NCBI GenBank assembly: GCA_000165345.1
Contig: CM000436.1
Coordinates: 512,001-576,000 of the forward strand
Direction of reading: 5' to 3'
Length of the DNA: 64,000 nucleotides
Shown here: in pieces, positions 40,000 to 50,369 of the stretch
Numbering within the stretch: position 1 is the stretch's first letter
Layout of the letters: every line of letters starts with the position of its first letter
Program-made: the position numbers and the translations under genes
Notes under the pieces: model-generated
The model's input: only the letters and a program-made list of their open reading frames with translations
Told to the model about the DNA's origin: nothing
The model's database searches: none

Positions 40000-40713
40000 T
40001 TAAAAATCCTCATCTAAAGAAAATTCGAACTTTAAATAGTTCTTTTCTGTGTTGTTCTCATTTTCCTTTAAAGAATTATTTTCTGTATCATAATAATGAG
40101 AATATATACTATTTATAAAATGTGAATTATATAAATATTCTTTCTTCACGATATCATTTATCATTGGCGCATTAAACTCTGAAATATCGGACATATTTGT
40201 TTGACTTTGGTTATATATTTGACTTTGGCTTTGACTTTGCAATTGGCTTTGGCATTGGCTTTGGAATTGGCTTTGAATTTGGCATTGGCTTTGGTTCTGA
40301 CTTTGACTTTGACTTTGGCTTTGACTTTGGCTTTGGCTTGCAATCAAATTAATATTTGAGTTTAACTTTTCCATACTTTGTTCAAGTAGTTTATTTGAAA
40401 GAATAGAACATAAGGACTCCAAGAGGTAAAAATCTGCCTCAATTAATAAACCCCTAATTATATGGTCTTTATTCGGTATAGCTACAATTGTTCCAGTTCT
40501 TAGATAGTCTAAAATATATTGAAATAGAAACCCATTTCTATCAATAAACAATTCAATAACTTCTTCACTTTGTAAATTTGTATTATAACTGTTTTCTGTT
40601 CTTGATAAATATGCAGAAAAGTAATTTGAATCGCCATTTACACTTAGTAAAGTAGTATTTGTTGTCTCATAGAAAATTCCTCCCACATTTAATTTAATTC
40701 TTTTCTCATCCAT
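40000..40713 (-). CDS. T1-type BTB/POZ (KCTD-like) domain protein with an internal (SQ)n low-complexity tract.
   Basis: The N-terminus IKLNVGGIFYETTNTTLLS compares with the T1/KCTD signature RLNVGGTYFLTTRQTL. ...FLFQYILDYLRTG compares with ...FRYILNYLRTG. The (SQ)n tract is encoded at 40201-40340. Confidence 0.7.
   Translation of the reverse strand: MDEKRIKLNVGGIFYETTNTTLLSVNGDSNYFSAYLSRTENSYNTNLQSEEVIELFIDRNGFLFQYILDYLRTGTIVAIPNKDHIIRGLLIEADFYLLESLCSILSNKLLEQSMEKLNSNINLIASQSQSQSQSQSQSQNQSQCQIQSQFQSQCQSQLQSQSQSQIYNQSQTNMSDISEFNAPMINDIVKKEYLYNSHFINSIYSHYYDTENNSLKENENNTEKNYLKFEFSLDEDF
40201..40340. repeat. Coding hexanucleotide microsatellite (TTGRCT/TTGGCA)n, about 23 units, encoding (SQ)n in the BTB protein.
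   Basis: Read directly: gactttggctttgactttg..., degenerate, period 6. Confidence 0.8.
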
Positions 40714-41007
40714 TTTTATAATAATTTCTTATCTATATCTCAAGCAACGCACTTGTAATTTAAGTCAAGTCTTTTAAAGTTTGAGATTTGTTTTATTTTT
40801 CAATTATGAAACTTTAAATAACTTTAATAACTCAAACCTTTGAAATATCTTGATTATTTTTTTTAATTACTTTAATCAAAAAAATATTTCATAAATTTAA
40901 ATATATTTAATTTTTTTTCAACTATTGTAAAAATGACTATCCACTAATTTTACTCACCCCATATTTGAAGAGATCCAATAATCCCTCTATATTCACACGC
41001 AGTTTTT

Positions 41008-41063
41008 CTATACCGGTGTCTGCAAATTTTGCAAATGCATGCATGCAATTACATGACGTGGCG
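41008..41063. promoter_or_regulatory. Best exemplar of the composite cis-module: CTATACCGG-TGTC-TGCAAATTTTGCAAATGCATGCATGCAA-TTAC-ATGACGTGGCG.
   Basis: Ordered TATACCGG box, then TGCAAAT(T)TTGCA palindrome, then a double AP2-type GCATGCATGCAA, then a CRE-like ATGACGTG. The location is the BTB / Rrp5 divergent intergenic region. A (TA)7 microsatellite follows at 41087-41102. Confidence 0.5.
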
Positions 41064-41250
41064 ACCAGATAGTTTAATATAAAAAAATATATATATATAT
41101 TTATTAAATTTGAGGATAAATATATATATTAAATATTTTTAAAAAATAAAAATTAATTTTAAAGAATAAATGTTCTTCATATAATTGATAAATACACACA
41201 AAACAGAAAAAAAAAAAAATTTTAAGACTAAAATAATTAAAATCCACTAC

Positions 41251-41276
41251 GTGGCGCGCATGGAATGGCGGGCAAG
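41251..41276. promoter_or_regulatory. E2F-like pair GTGGCGCGCATGGAATGGCGGGCAAG upstream of Rrp5.
   Basis: GGCGCGC and GGCGGGC cores lie about 365 bp upstream of ATG 41639. TGGCGGGCAAA also occurs at 664-674. Confidence 0.45.
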
Positions 41277-41638
41277 TCTGTCGAGACTGTCTAGGTAATA
41301 GATTTGAGTCAAAATTGACCAGGGTGAAAAATAAATAATTAATATAACAAATTTAATTTCCTTATTTTTTTTTTTTTTTGGGGAAGAGAATTAATTAAAA
41401 ATCCTTCTTTGATTCTTCTAATTCCATCACTGAGAGTGAGTCGAGTTTAGTGAGAAAAGAATATATTCAAGAAGGAAATTGAATTAAAAGAAATTTAAGA
41501 TATTTTAAATCGTATGAAAAGGAAGCTAGGACAAAAATTTGGTAGCTGGTAGTTATCACTATCAGAAAAATTTAAGAAATATTTGAAGCTGAAAAATTAT
41601 AATTTTTAAGAAAAATAATTGCGTGAGGAAAGGTTGTC

Positions 41639-44600
41639 ATGAGTCGAAAGAGGAACCTGAAGAATATTCAAGATGATATTGATGAAGTGGAAGATTTAGA
41701 ACATGGTGATTTTATTGGAATTAAAAGCAAAAATTTGAAAACAATAACATCTTTTACAAATATTGAACGTAGAGATTTAAAGTTAGGAACTTTATTATTT
41801 GGAGTTATCGACCATGTCAGTGAAAAGGAACTTATTATTTCATTACCAGGATCTAACACTGCAATCATATCTATAGAGAATACTCTAGAGGATTCAAGAA
41901 CTATTCCAATTGAATTATTTCAAGAATTGAAGAAGAAATCTCTTGAAGATAGGTTTTCTGTGGGTCAATTTGTAAATGGAGCTATCATTTCCAACAATAA
42001 GATTAAGAATAATATCACTTTGAAACCTTCAATATTGAATGCTGGTTTGAACTCGAATTCAAAATGCTTAAATGTTTTTGGTTATGTTATTTCTGCCTTA
42101 ATTATTTCAAAGGAAAATCATGGATTTAACATCTATACTGGTATTCAAGGAGTGAAAACTGTTTTTATGAAAGTTGAAGAGTCTGAATTTAAAGAATATA
42201 GACTTGGCCAGATTCTTCCTGTTAGTATACATCAATTCTTCAAAGAAAAATCATTATTGATTTGTACTCCAATTTACGATCAGAATGAGAATTCAAAAAT
42301 TGGTAGAAAAGAAATTCTGAGTATTCATGAAATAAAGCCTGGTCTTATGGTTGAATGTCTAATTCATGCTTATAGTCATACTAATCAAAAAGACCAAATC
42401 AGCCAAACCCAAAGTCCTAACAAGAAAAAGAAAGTCTCTGACAAAGTTTCAGTACAACCAAATACAAAATTATTACAATTAAAGAAGGTTGACAAGCAAT
42501 ATGTTACTGACCAGGAATTGGAATCAATTAAAGATTTTCTTCAAAGTGAACATTCTCTTCAAGTTAGCTTTTGTATGGGAACTATGTTGGGTGTTATTCC
42601 AGATGAACATTCTATTCATCCATTATCTTGTTTTTACCCTCAAGAATTTGAATCTTCTTTGACTACGGAAGTTATCAGAAAATCTCCCAAATCCAAGTTT
42701 ATCACTGCTAGAATTATTGCAGTTTCTTCTGGAGCTGATAATAAAATCATTTTATCAACACTTGCTCATAATATTAATCTTAAAAGAGGTAATCAGAAAG
42801 CTATCAGTGAAATATCTATTGGAACAGTCATATCTCCCTCAAATCTTCAAATGAATGATTCTAATACTTTATTAAATTCACTTTCAAATATTACACTATT
42901 TAACTCACAAAGTCAAAAGAAATCTCAAAGTAAAATCAACTTTTTGACCAGAATTTCTGATAAATGGATCTCACTTTCCACCAACCAATTCTCTAAAGAT
43001 TACGATAAAATCGATCAAACCATCAAAACGCAACCATTTAGAGTTATTTCCCATTCTAGATTAGAAAACTCTTTCTTTGTTTCATTTGATCAAAAAGTAG
43101 TACAAGAGAAATACTTCTCATCATATGATGCACTACCTGGTCAAATTGTTAAAGCCACTGTTACTGAAGTTAACAATTGGGGAATCTCTGTTAGACTATC
43201 AGAATATTTCTCAGGTAGAATTTATGCAGAACATCTTTTCAATAGTTCAAGTTCAGGATCAGGATCAATAACAGGAACGAACTTAAGTTCTAATAGCTCT
43301 AAAAGTATGTCCAAAGAACAGATGGATTACATAAAGAAACATTATCAAATTGGAAGAAGCTATCAATTTAAAGTTTTAAGATATGAATATAGTGATAATA
43401 GCTGGAATCCTCTGCTTCTTCTTACAGCTAAACATCTATTAATCAATGATCAATTACCATTAGTAAGATCTATTGATAAATCCTTAAAAATTGGACAAAA
43501 AGTTACAGGATATATTAGTAGAATATGCATACAAAGTACTCAAAAGTCTAATTATAACTCAGATTTGAACCAATCTGAAAAAAGTGACTTTATTATTATT
43601 AGATTCTATGGAGAAGCTTATGGATCAATGTCTTACAAAGAATATATCGACTATTATCAATTTGATAATATTGATGGTATTTCAAAAAAACCAACTATTG
43701 GAGAGGTAATTACTGTTCAAATTAAGAGTATTGATTTAACCAATAAATCTTTAAAACTAACTTTTAGAATGGAAAGTAATGGAGAAGTTGAAGATCCAAA
43801 AACAAGTTCAAATACTCCCTTAAATAGACAATTCCTTGCTCAACTGAAGAACATTAAGTACTCTTTTTATGATGGAATCTTTGATGAGACTATTATCAAT
43901 AGTAAAGGATTTATTTTATTAGGAGTTACAAATCAGGGTCTTTTATTTTCACAAGGTTTAAAAGATTTAGTATATGTACCCAAGTTCTCTATATCAGACA
44001 ATAAGGAGAACTCTGAAAAGATTTATTGTTTATTGGGAGAGGTATATCGAAAATCTAATTCTGTCTCAGACCTTAATTCCAAGATTTCAAAGCTTAAATT
44101 AGCTCCGAGCACTTTAACAGATACTGTTTCAAGACAAACCTTGGAAATGAATTTAATTGGAAGTTCTGGATCTAGTATTAATGTCGAGAATAACTCTATT
44201 ACTTTGAATTTGAATGTCAAGCTTGGATATCTAAAACATTCTATTTTGAATGGAAAACAAGGAGAAGTCATTATCAAAAACCTGAAGAGTCTTACAAATA
44301 ATACCTTATGTCTGGGTTATATTAATCATATTGATCATTATGGATTACTAGTATCAATATTAAGTTCAGAACCTTTAACAGGTATCGTTCCAAGACACTT
44401 AATTAGCTCCAAAGTTTTCTTTGATAGTAAGGAAGAGTTGATGAGACATTTTTCTATTGGAGAGACTTTGCTTCTTAAGGTAGTAAAGCTTGATGAGACA
44501 AACAAAAAAATCACTCTAAGTTTGAAAGATTTGGAAGATGGGACATCGTTAGTTAGAAATTCAACTATTACAAAAAGTATTCTAAAGGATAGACTTGGAG

Positions 44601-47600
44601 GACTTGATAGAGATGAACAAGTTATCCAACTTTTACTGAACAAATCCCTTGGAATTAATGAAGATAAAGATTTGTTGGTTTCTAATTCCAACTTTGTTGG
44701 TAGAGTCTTAGAACTTAGTGTATTAACTGAAGCTGGATGCGATGGAATATATATGGGTTCGTTAAATTTGAATAAGACCAAAAAAACAATCTATTTTAAG
44801 CTTGTTTCAAGAGATAAAAATCAAGATTCTAATAAGGAGGTATCTAAAGGAATTGTCACTAAAGGATTATTTCTTGGAGGAAGTTATTTATATCAAAATG
44901 AATCCAGAAATCATAAGAAGGAGATTCATTCTGAGATGAAGTATGTACATTATATTTGCTGTGACGATCAAATAGTGGCCAGTTTTAGTCGAGTTATGGA
45001 AGAGACAGAAAAAACAGCAAGTTTCAAGGTAAACAAAAAATATAAGAAGTTCTTAGAGTCTATTGTTAATGAGACAAAGTCTATAAAGATTAACAATAAA
45101 GAGGATATTCTTTATCGTACTGAATCTTACACGCTATCTATTTTAATGATAAAGAATGATCAAGACGAGAAGGTACCGGTGATCATTATATGTCCAAATA
45201 AATCAGAAGAAAGAGAAGGGATTTCCAAAGATTTAAGTTGCATTGTTTTGGATAAAAACAGTAATATACCAGTACTTATTGGAGTTTTATACTCTAGTAA
45301 GGAGTCTGGTTCTATTTTAAAAAAAGAGTTTAATAAAAAAGATCGATTTGAATTAAATAGTCGAGTTCAATGTAAGATCATAGATCATATGAAATCTTAC
45401 CAAGGATTAATTGTTCAATTATCAAACAAAAGCTTTGGGAGAATATCAGTTTTAGAGCTGGATGATGATAAGATAGACAATCCTCTAAATCTTGAAAAGT
45501 TCAAAGTTGGTGGTACAATTCAAGGAATAATCATAGGAGATCTCAGGAATAATAGTAAAAAGAAGAGAATAGTAAGCTTGGGAGGAGAGAAATCTTCTAA
45601 GCTTAAGTATGCCCAAATAGATTTTGAAATTTCGAGTCGTATTTCAAGGATTCGAGATATCTTGGATAAGAAGGATGAGTTGAAAGAAATTGAGTCATTT
45701 TCTCAAGTTAAAGTTGGATCTATTTTGAGTGGATATGTATGTAATAGTGGTAAGGAAGGAGTTTTTGTACGTGTAGGACGAGAATTAGTTGGAAGGATTA
45801 AGCTCAGAGAATTAACATCTGGAACAATTACCCCAGAGGAAGCTTCAAGAAGGTTTTTCATTGGAAAGTTCATCAACCAAATGGTTGTAGTTAATATTAA
45901 CAAGGATGAGAAAAAAGTAGATTTAAGTATTTCTAAGTTGGAATCTGATGATATTAAGTTAAGGTTGTCCCAAATTGAGACAAAAAAGCAAGTTGAATCT
46001 GAGGATGAATACGTAGATATGGGAATTGATAAAGAGGTAGATCTTGGAAATAAAGTAAAGAAAATGGCTCAAAGCTTGGGGGATATTAATGAGAAACTAT
46101 CATTTGAAGATTTGTATATTGGTAGAGTCTTAACAGGAGTAATAATAAATGTTTCCAAGAAACATGGATTGTTTATAAGACTGAATGATATAAAGGATGA
46201 CTTAACTGCTCTTTGTAAGCTTTCTGAATGCTTGGATGGTAGATCAAATAGGAATAAAATTTCCTCAGTTTTCAATGTTGGAGACAATGTATTGTGTAAG
46301 GTACTTAAGTTTAACTCCGAGAAGAGGAGAGTATGGGTTGGAATTAAACCAAGTTACTTCTCTGAACTTAAAGGTGAGGAAGGAGATAATCTCAGCTTTG
46401 AAAACAATCAATTAATGGATATTGAAAGTGTTGAGACAGTAGAAAGTGAAAATGAGGAGGAACTCAAAGATGTGGAGATGACACTTGGATTGAATGATGA
46501 AGGACTAGAGTACCGAGAATCTGATCATATGAATGATGGTGAAGAAGATTTCTTAGGAAATAGGAACTTAGAAGTGATGAAAGAAGATTCAGAATATGAG
46601 AAAAGTCAAGAATCTGAATCAAAGCTGGAGTCTAAGAACTTGAACAGGAAACAAAAAGTACAGAGACAGTTGGAACACGAGCACAGAATCAGAGAAGAAG
46701 AGGAAAAAGGAATGAGATCACATCTTAATCCCTCAACAATTGATGATTTTGAAAGACTTTTAATAACTCATAGGGATGTCTCATCGCTTTGGATTAGATA
46801 TATGTCATATTACTTAGACTTGGAAGACTTAGATAAAGCTCGAATGGTTGCAGAAAGGTCTTTAAAACAAATCTCAGTAAAGGAAGAGATGGAGAGGTGG
46901 AATATATGGATTGCTTATATTAATATGGAGATAGTTTATGGAAAGAATGAGTTACTTACAAGTACAGGGGAGAATAATATTTCTTCTTTGAGAGGAAAAG
47001 AAGATGGAATTCCAAAGAACGTTAGACAAATCTTAGATCGCGCTTTAATGAATGTTACAGATCAAAAGAAGCTTTATATACAAATATTCAGTTCTTTGAG
47101 AAGACATTCGAAAGAGGAGCAAGGCTTGGCTTTACTTGAGGAAGGATTAAAAAAATTCCAAACTAGTAGAAAGCTTTGGGTAACTTATTTAACTTGTTTA
47201 TACGAGAGTGATAACCAAAAGAAAGCAAGGGACGAGGTTATTCAAAAGTCTTTAAAGAGTGTATCTAAGGATAAGGTGGTGCGTTTGATTACGGACATTG
47301 CGAGATTGGAATTTGAATATGGTAATATAAATAGAGGGAGGACCATTTTTGAGAATTTATTAGAGGAAAACTCAAAGAGGATGGATTTATGGTCTCAATA
47401 TTTTGATATATTAACAAAACTATGTAGTAAAGACAATCCTAAATCCAACTCTTCTATGGCAGATCATATAGAAATGGCAAGATCCATATTTAGCTCATGC
47501 ATAGAAAAGAACTTTAAGCCAAGGAGTATGAAGATGATCTTCACCAGATGGCTATCTTTTGAAAAGGAGTTTGGATCATTACAGAGTCAGAAGCACGTTC

Positions 47601-47647
47601 AGGATCTTGCAATTAACTATGTGAACAAGTTTGAATCAAACCTTTAA
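41639..47647 (+). CDS. RRP5: rRNA biogenesis protein Rrp5 (PDCD11-like): multiple S1 RNA-binding repeats plus C-terminal HAT/TPR repeats.
   Basis: A 2002-aa ORF. Repeated S1-like segments run through the body (e.g. GQIVKATVTEVNNWGISVRLSEYFSGRIY, GSILSGYVCNSGKEGVFVRVGRELVGRIK, GRVLTGVIINVSKKHGLFIRLND). The C-terminus has HAT repeats (WIRYMSYYLDLEDLDKARMVAERSL ... WNIWIAYINMEIVYG ... KLWVTYLTCLYESDNQKKA), as in Rrp5. Confidence 0.8.
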   Translation: MSRKRNLKNIQDDIDEVEDLEHGDFIGIKSKNLKTITSFTNIERRDLKLGTLLFGVIDHVSEKELIISLPGSNTAIISIENTLEDSRTIPIELFQELKKKSLEDRFSVGQFVNGAIISNNKIKNNITLKPSILNAGLNSNSKCLNVFGYVISALIISKENHGFNIYTGIQGVKTVFMKVEESEFKEYRLGQILPVSIHQFFKEKSLLICTPIYDQNENSKIGRKEILSIHEIKPGLMVECLIHAYSHTNQKDQISQTQSPNKKKKVSDKVSVQPNTKLLQLKKVDKQYVTDQELESIKDFLQSEHSLQVSFCMGTMLGVIPDEHSIHPLSCFYPQEFESSLTTEVIRKSPKSKFITARIIAVSSGADNKIILSTLAHNINLKRGNQKAISEISIGTVISPSNLQMNDSNTLLNSLSNITLFNSQSQKKSQSKINFLTRISDKWISLSTNQFSKDYDKIDQTIKTQPFRVISHSRLENSFFVSFDQKVVQEKYFSSYDALPGQIVKATVTEVNNWGISVRLSEYFSGRIYAEHLFNSSSSGSGSITGTNLSSNSSKSMSKEQMDYIKKHYQIGRSYQFKVLRYEYSDNSWNPLLLLTAKHLLINDQLPLVRSIDKSLKIGQKVTGYISRICIQSTQKSNYNSDLNQSEKSDFIIIRFYGEAYGSMSYKEYIDYYQFDNIDGISKKPTIGEVITVQIKSIDLTNKSLKLTFRMESNGEVEDPKTSSNTPLNRQFLAQLKNIKYSFYDGIFDETIINSKGFILLGVTNQGLLFSQGLKDLVYVPKFSISDNKENSEKIYCLLGEVYRKSNSVSDLNSKISKLKLAPSTLTDTVSRQTLEMNLIGSSGSSINVENNSITLNLNVKLGYLKHSILNGKQGEVIIKNLKSLTNNTLCLGYINHIDHYGLLVSILSSEPLTGIVPRHLISSKVFFDSKEELMRHFSIGETLLLKVVKLDETNKKITLSLKDLEDGTSLVRNSTITKSILKDRLGGLDRDEQVIQLLLNKSLGINEDKDLLVSNSNFVGRVLELSVLTEAGCDGIYMGSLNLNKTKKTIYFKLVSRDKNQDSNKEVSKGIVTKGLFLGGSYLYQNESRNHKKEIHSEMKYVHYICCDDQIVASFSRVMEETEKTASFKVNKKYKKFLESIVNETKSIKINNKEDILYRTESYTLSILMIKNDQDEKVPVIIICPNKSEEREGISKDLSCIVLDKNSNIPVLIGVLYSSKESGSILKKEFNKKDRFELNSRVQCKIIDHMKSYQGLIVQLSNKSFGRISVLELDDDKIDNPLNLEKFKVGGTIQGIIIGDLRNNSKKKRIVSLGGEKSSKLKYAQIDFEISSRISRIRDILDKKDELKEIESFSQVKVGSILSGYVCNSGKEGVFVRVGRELVGRIKLRELTSGTITPEEASRRFFIGKFINQMVVVNINKDEKKVDLSISKLESDDIKLRLSQIETKKQVESEDEYVDMGIDKEVDLGNKVKKMAQSLGDINEKLSFEDLYIGRVLTGVIINVSKKHGLFIRLNDIKDDLTALCKLSECLDGRSNRNKISSVFNVGDNVLCKVLKFNSEKRRVWVGIKPSYFSELKGEEGDNLSFENNQLMDIESVETVESENEEELKDVEMTLGLNDEGLEYRESDHMNDGEEDFLGNRNLEVMKEDSEYEKSQESESKLESKNLNRKQKVQRQLEHEHRIREEEEKGMRSHLNPSTIDDFERLLITHRDVSSLWIRYMSYYLDLEDLDKARMVAERSLKQISVKEEMERWNIWIAYINMEIVYGKNELLTSTGENNISSLRGKEDGIPKNVRQILDRALMNVTDQKKLYIQIFSSLRRHSKEEQGLALLEEGLKKFQTSRKLWVTYLTCLYESDNQKKARDEVIQKSLKSVSKDKVVRLITDIARLEFEYGNINRGRTIFENLLEENSKRMDLWSQYFDILTKLCSKDNPKSNSSMADHIEMARSIFSSCIEKNFKPRSMKMIFTRWLSFEKEFGSLQSQKHVQDLAINYVNKFESNL

Positions 47648-47831
47648 ATTTTAAACAAGCTTTGTTTTTTTTATTAGCATTGACCTGTAGAAATATTTTG
47701 TTAGGTACCGATTAAAATATATAGATCATGAGACGAGACAATAATTTATTTATTTTTAAAATTTACGAATATAATCTTATAATAAAATAAAAAATTTTAA
47801 CAATACGTAATTTTGAGGAGATAAGAATCAA

Positions 47832-49973
47832 TCAAAATTTGAAATCTTGGATCAAATTGAAATCCTGTAAAGGATTATGATATCCAGACCTCATAATTTG
47901 ATCACTAGAAATTTGATTATTAGTTAGAATGTTGAGGAGAGTAATTCCAGTAATTGCTCCAAATATTACAGTAGAGACTACTCCATATAGTACGGCTTTA
48001 ACTTTTTTGAGTGATTTTAACTTAGGAATACTGAGGATTAGGAATCTATTATTTAGGTTATTATAGTCGCCATGAGGATCTTGAGTATCAAATACTTTTT
48101 CAATAGCTGGATTAATATCTTCTTGTCTAAAATGCTTGAGATATGATCTGTGAAAAGTGGCTCTACACTTTAGAATTGCAATACAAACATAATAGATTGA
48201 AGAGTAGTCTAAAATTACATCTCTAGGTGAGTTGGTCTTTAATGGTCTGTATTTTCTTTTATTAATTTTAATAAGTTTTGCAAGCCAAAAGTATCTAATA
48301 AGTATAAAGCATGCCTCTAAATTAGGCCTATTTCCAATTTTCTGCATCTTCATTGGGATATGTAGAATGTCCTTAACAGTGATCTTTATTGGATTGATTC
48401 TAAATCTGGCAAAAGTTCGAGTATATTCAGTAGTAGTCCAGAGGAGACACCAGACAAATTGATTTCTGCTAGGGAAAAGTGCTTTGCTATTGGATGGAAG
48501 GTAACTAATATATCCAGAAAGTGAGTCCCAATCAGGAGTCTGCCAATAGAAGTAGCTGCTCGGATCTGGTCTGTATTCATTCACAGATTGGTAATAGTAG
48601 GCTTGATATAAAGTCTGTAACTTAATAGTTCTCGTACATAGATTGAGCGATGTAAAGGATGTTGTGAGTGAATGCTCAAAGTACCTATATAATTTACCAA
48701 ATTGGATGTATTTTGGAGTCTTAGTAATTCCAAGCTGAATTCGGTAGCCATTATTTAGAGATAAAGCAACCAAATTATTAGAACAGGACTTAGGCATTGT
48801 TGTGTATTCAAAGAAATCAGGAGGAATATTAGGAATAGACATTCTTTCTTTAGTAGGCAAAAGAGGTAAATCTCCATTGCTGAGGCCAAATACCGTTAAA
48901 TCTCCTCTAATTGGAATAATTTGCTTAAATAAGTACCACATTGCATCGCTTGGAGACCTTAAATAAAGCTTTTTCCAAGTGTGATAGATTTTTGATTCTA
49001 CTTGAATCTTTTTAAAATCATACTGTTCATATTCATCTCTCAAATAGCCCTGAATTTCCCTCATTGCTTTCATATAAAATTCACATGTGAGTCTTAATAA
49101 GAACTTGTTTCTGTCGTTTTGTTTACCTAACATTTTACTTTTCTTGTTTACTTTTGGAATATTTGAAATTGGTTCTACAAGTTTTACAGCATCCTCAATT
49201 CCCAATTTCTTTAGAGACTCTTCATTATATTCAAACCTTTTCCATATTATGGTATTTTCTGGATTACTTTCTTCTTCCAAATAAGTATCAGAAGTTGAAT
49301 CTTGGGTCTCAGAATCTTTAAAAGAGTCAAAATATCTTTCGAATAATTCAAAACCATAACTTGCTGTTATTTTTGAATAAATATCCCAACACTTTGAGAT
49401 TGAATTTATAGGCCTGGATAATTCTTTAATGAATTTATCATCTTTCTTTTTTCTTTCTAAATTAAAAAATACAGAATCCTCATTAGGATCTTCTCTATTT
49501 AATATACTTTTCTTATCAATTTCATCAATGACTTGTTCTTTTCTAATTTCTTTAGAATTTATAGTTTTTCTGACAAAATACATAATAATTCTAAAATGAG
49601 TTTCTTTTACTACAATATTTGATCCATATTTAATGTTAAATGCCCAATTTCTTATCAAATCTTCTCTAATTGTTTCCAGAGATTGATATTTGTTCTCAAC
49701 GTAGTTTTTTTCCTCCTTTTTTGTAAATATCTCTTCCTCCTGATTGGAGAGTTTCTCACCTTTTGGATCTACATCTAAGATATTTGAATCTTCGATAGAA
49801 AGGTCAAATGTACGAGTGTTGTTCCTAATGTATGAGAATCTCTCTTTCACATTCCAAAATTTAGGTAATATAAAACTTTTTTTTTTTTTGTAAATAGCAC
49901 TCTCAATTACTCCAAATCCACATATTATTGTAAAAACCAATACTAATAACCTTGTTTTGTATTTGAATTTCAT
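47832..49973 (-). CDS. Lineage-specific secretory-pathway membrane protein (signal peptide plus C-terminal TM anchor). It is a paralogue of the adjacent divergent gene 50370-52751.
   Basis: The N-terminal signal peptide is MKFKYKTRLLVLVFTIICGFGVIESA. The C-terminal TM is LYGVVSTVIFGAITGITLLNIL. It shares blocks with the neighbour: KIYHTWKKLYLRSPSDAMWYLFKQI vs QLYIRWMELYKVDPPRSQWFILRKL, and LIKINKRKYRPLKTNSPRDV vs GIKINNRNFRIINPDDISEL. No known domain. Confidence 0.6.
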   Translation of the reverse strand: MKFKYKTRLLVLVFTIICGFGVIESAIYKKKKSFILPKFWNVKERFSYIRNNTRTFDLSIEDSNILDVDPKGEKLSNQEEEIFTKKEEKNYVENKYQSLETIREDLIRNWAFNIKYGSNIVVKETHFRIIMYFVRKTINSKEIRKEQVIDEIDKKSILNREDPNEDSVFFNLERKKKDDKFIKELSRPINSISKCWDIYSKITASYGFELFERYFDSFKDSETQDSTSDTYLEEESNPENTIIWKRFEYNEESLKKLGIEDAVKLVEPISNIPKVNKKSKMLGKQNDRNKFLLRLTCEFYMKAMREIQGYLRDEYEQYDFKKIQVESKIYHTWKKLYLRSPSDAMWYLFKQIIPIRGDLTVFGLSNGDLPLLPTKERMSIPNIPPDFFEYTTMPKSCSNNLVALSLNNGYRIQLGITKTPKYIQFGKLYRYFEHSLTTSFTSLNLCTRTIKLQTLYQAYYYQSVNEYRPDPSSYFYWQTPDWDSLSGYISYLPSNSKALFPSRNQFVWCLLWTTTEYTRTFARFRINPIKITVKDILHIPMKMQKIGNRPNLEACFILIRYFWLAKLIKINKRKYRPLKTNSPRDVILDYSSIYYVCIAILKCRATFHRSYLKHFRQEDINPAIEKVFDTQDPHGDYNNLNNRFLILSIPKLKSLKKVKAVLYGVVSTVIFGAITGITLLNILTNNQISSDQIMRSGYHNPLQDFNLIQDFKF

Positions 49974-50081
49974 TGATTTAATTCGAATTTAATTTCATCT
50001 TCTATAATTAACTAACTTTAAATTAATTGAACTAATTTTTTTTATTTAAGAAATTTCTTCAATTCATGACAATTGAAATGC

Positions 50082-50197
50082 ACCGGTATGCAATTTAAAC
50101 AAAAAAATTTATTACTAATAAATTTATCCACATGAAAATAACCGGTATAGAAATTTTGTACAAAAATAATTACATCCACATGAAAATGCCGGTATAG
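50082..50197. promoter_or_regulatory. Direct-repeat promoter elements in the bidirectional spacer between the paralogue pair: ACCGGTATGCA (50082-50092) and two copies of CCACATGAAAAT(R)(R)CCGGTATAG (50128-50150 and 50176-50197).
   Basis: Read directly. The CCGGTATAG/CTATACCGG box also occurs at 41008, 55441, 35595 and 63514 next to GCATGC motifs. Confidence 0.45.
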
Positions 50198-50369
50198 TGC
50201 AAAGAAAATGCGCATGACAGGAAAAAAAAAAAATAATTCAAGTCAAAAAAACAAAAAAAAAGAAGAAAAAATTTTATTTGGTAGTAAGATAAGAAAATGA
50301 TTTTGATTCTTTAAATTAAATTATGAATTTTGGTTATTTAATAAGAATCCAATTAAGTTAAATAAAAAA

